Positions 63,771-64,000 of a stretch of DNA of 64,000 nt are shown here, one piece after another. A program made the translations under genes and the position numbers. The notes under the pieces are model-generated. The model saw only the letters and a program-made list of their open reading frames with translations. It was not told where the DNA came from and did not search any database. Source of the stretch: Perkinsus chesapeaki ATCC PRA-425 (taxonomy: Eukaryota > Protista > Perkinsozoa); NCBI GenBank assembly GCA_013115145.1, contig JAAPAO010000087.1, positions 1-64,000 on the forward strand. Reading direction: 5' to 3'. Numbering within the stretch: the first letter of the stretch is position 1; each line of letters starts with the position of its first letter.

Positions 63771-64000
63771 CGAGGAAATTAAGATCCTAGTTGGAGAGTG
63801 AAATGCTATATGAAGATGATGTAATGGTAATCCTTGTCGGATCTACAATAGAAACGTCAAGGAAATGCCTGGTGTACGTACGGTATCGTTGAGGTTTTTC
63901 CTCAAGGTTCAGAGAGGTTCTTTTTGGGCAGCATGAGGAGGTACAACAGAAAGGAGAGACAAGTTACCACCGAAGGACGCGCAATGCAGCTGCATGTTCG

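Noticed and set aside
1-64000. Spliced-leader (ACCGTAGCCAT..GGCTCAAG) relics, rRNA, intact tRNA or intronic snoRNA
   Set aside because: None found by eye on either strand. The tRNA-like hits lack complete cloverleaves.

Overview
Gene-dense eukaryotic genomic DNA with short (about 40-80 nt) GT-AG introns. The gene content (intronless amino-acid transporter and pepsin-like protease, Cys-rich secreted proteins, SHAQKYF Myb) suggests a perkinsozoan alveolate, probably Perkinsus; this is inference, no search was run. Recognisable genes, in order: a secreted Cys-rich repeat/mucin protein running off the left edge, PX-PH phospholipase D, Mrd1/RBM19 multi-RRM protein, an AAAP amino-acid transporter, a secreted orphan protein, a SHAQKYF Myb, a secreted SAM-methyltransferase-like protein, TMEM184/OSTalpha, a D-2-hydroxyacid dehydrogenase, a giant TRRAP/Tra1 pseudokinase gene (38.2-52.0 kb, first exon about 10.6 kb), a truncated mitochondrion-targeted acyl-CoA-synthetase-like protein, a beta-propeller-like membrane protein, an aspartyl protease and an omega/tau-like GST. 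The most notable accessory feature is a decayed, roughly 5.8 kb retroelement (17.7-23.5 kb, minus strand). By-eye motif reading places its tyrosine recombinase UPSTREAM of RT/RNase H (VIPER-like rather than DIRS/Ngaro order), with a tRNA-derived segment between the two modules. All exon structures and motif matches were read manually; gene ends marked approximate need RNA-seq or HMM confirmation.
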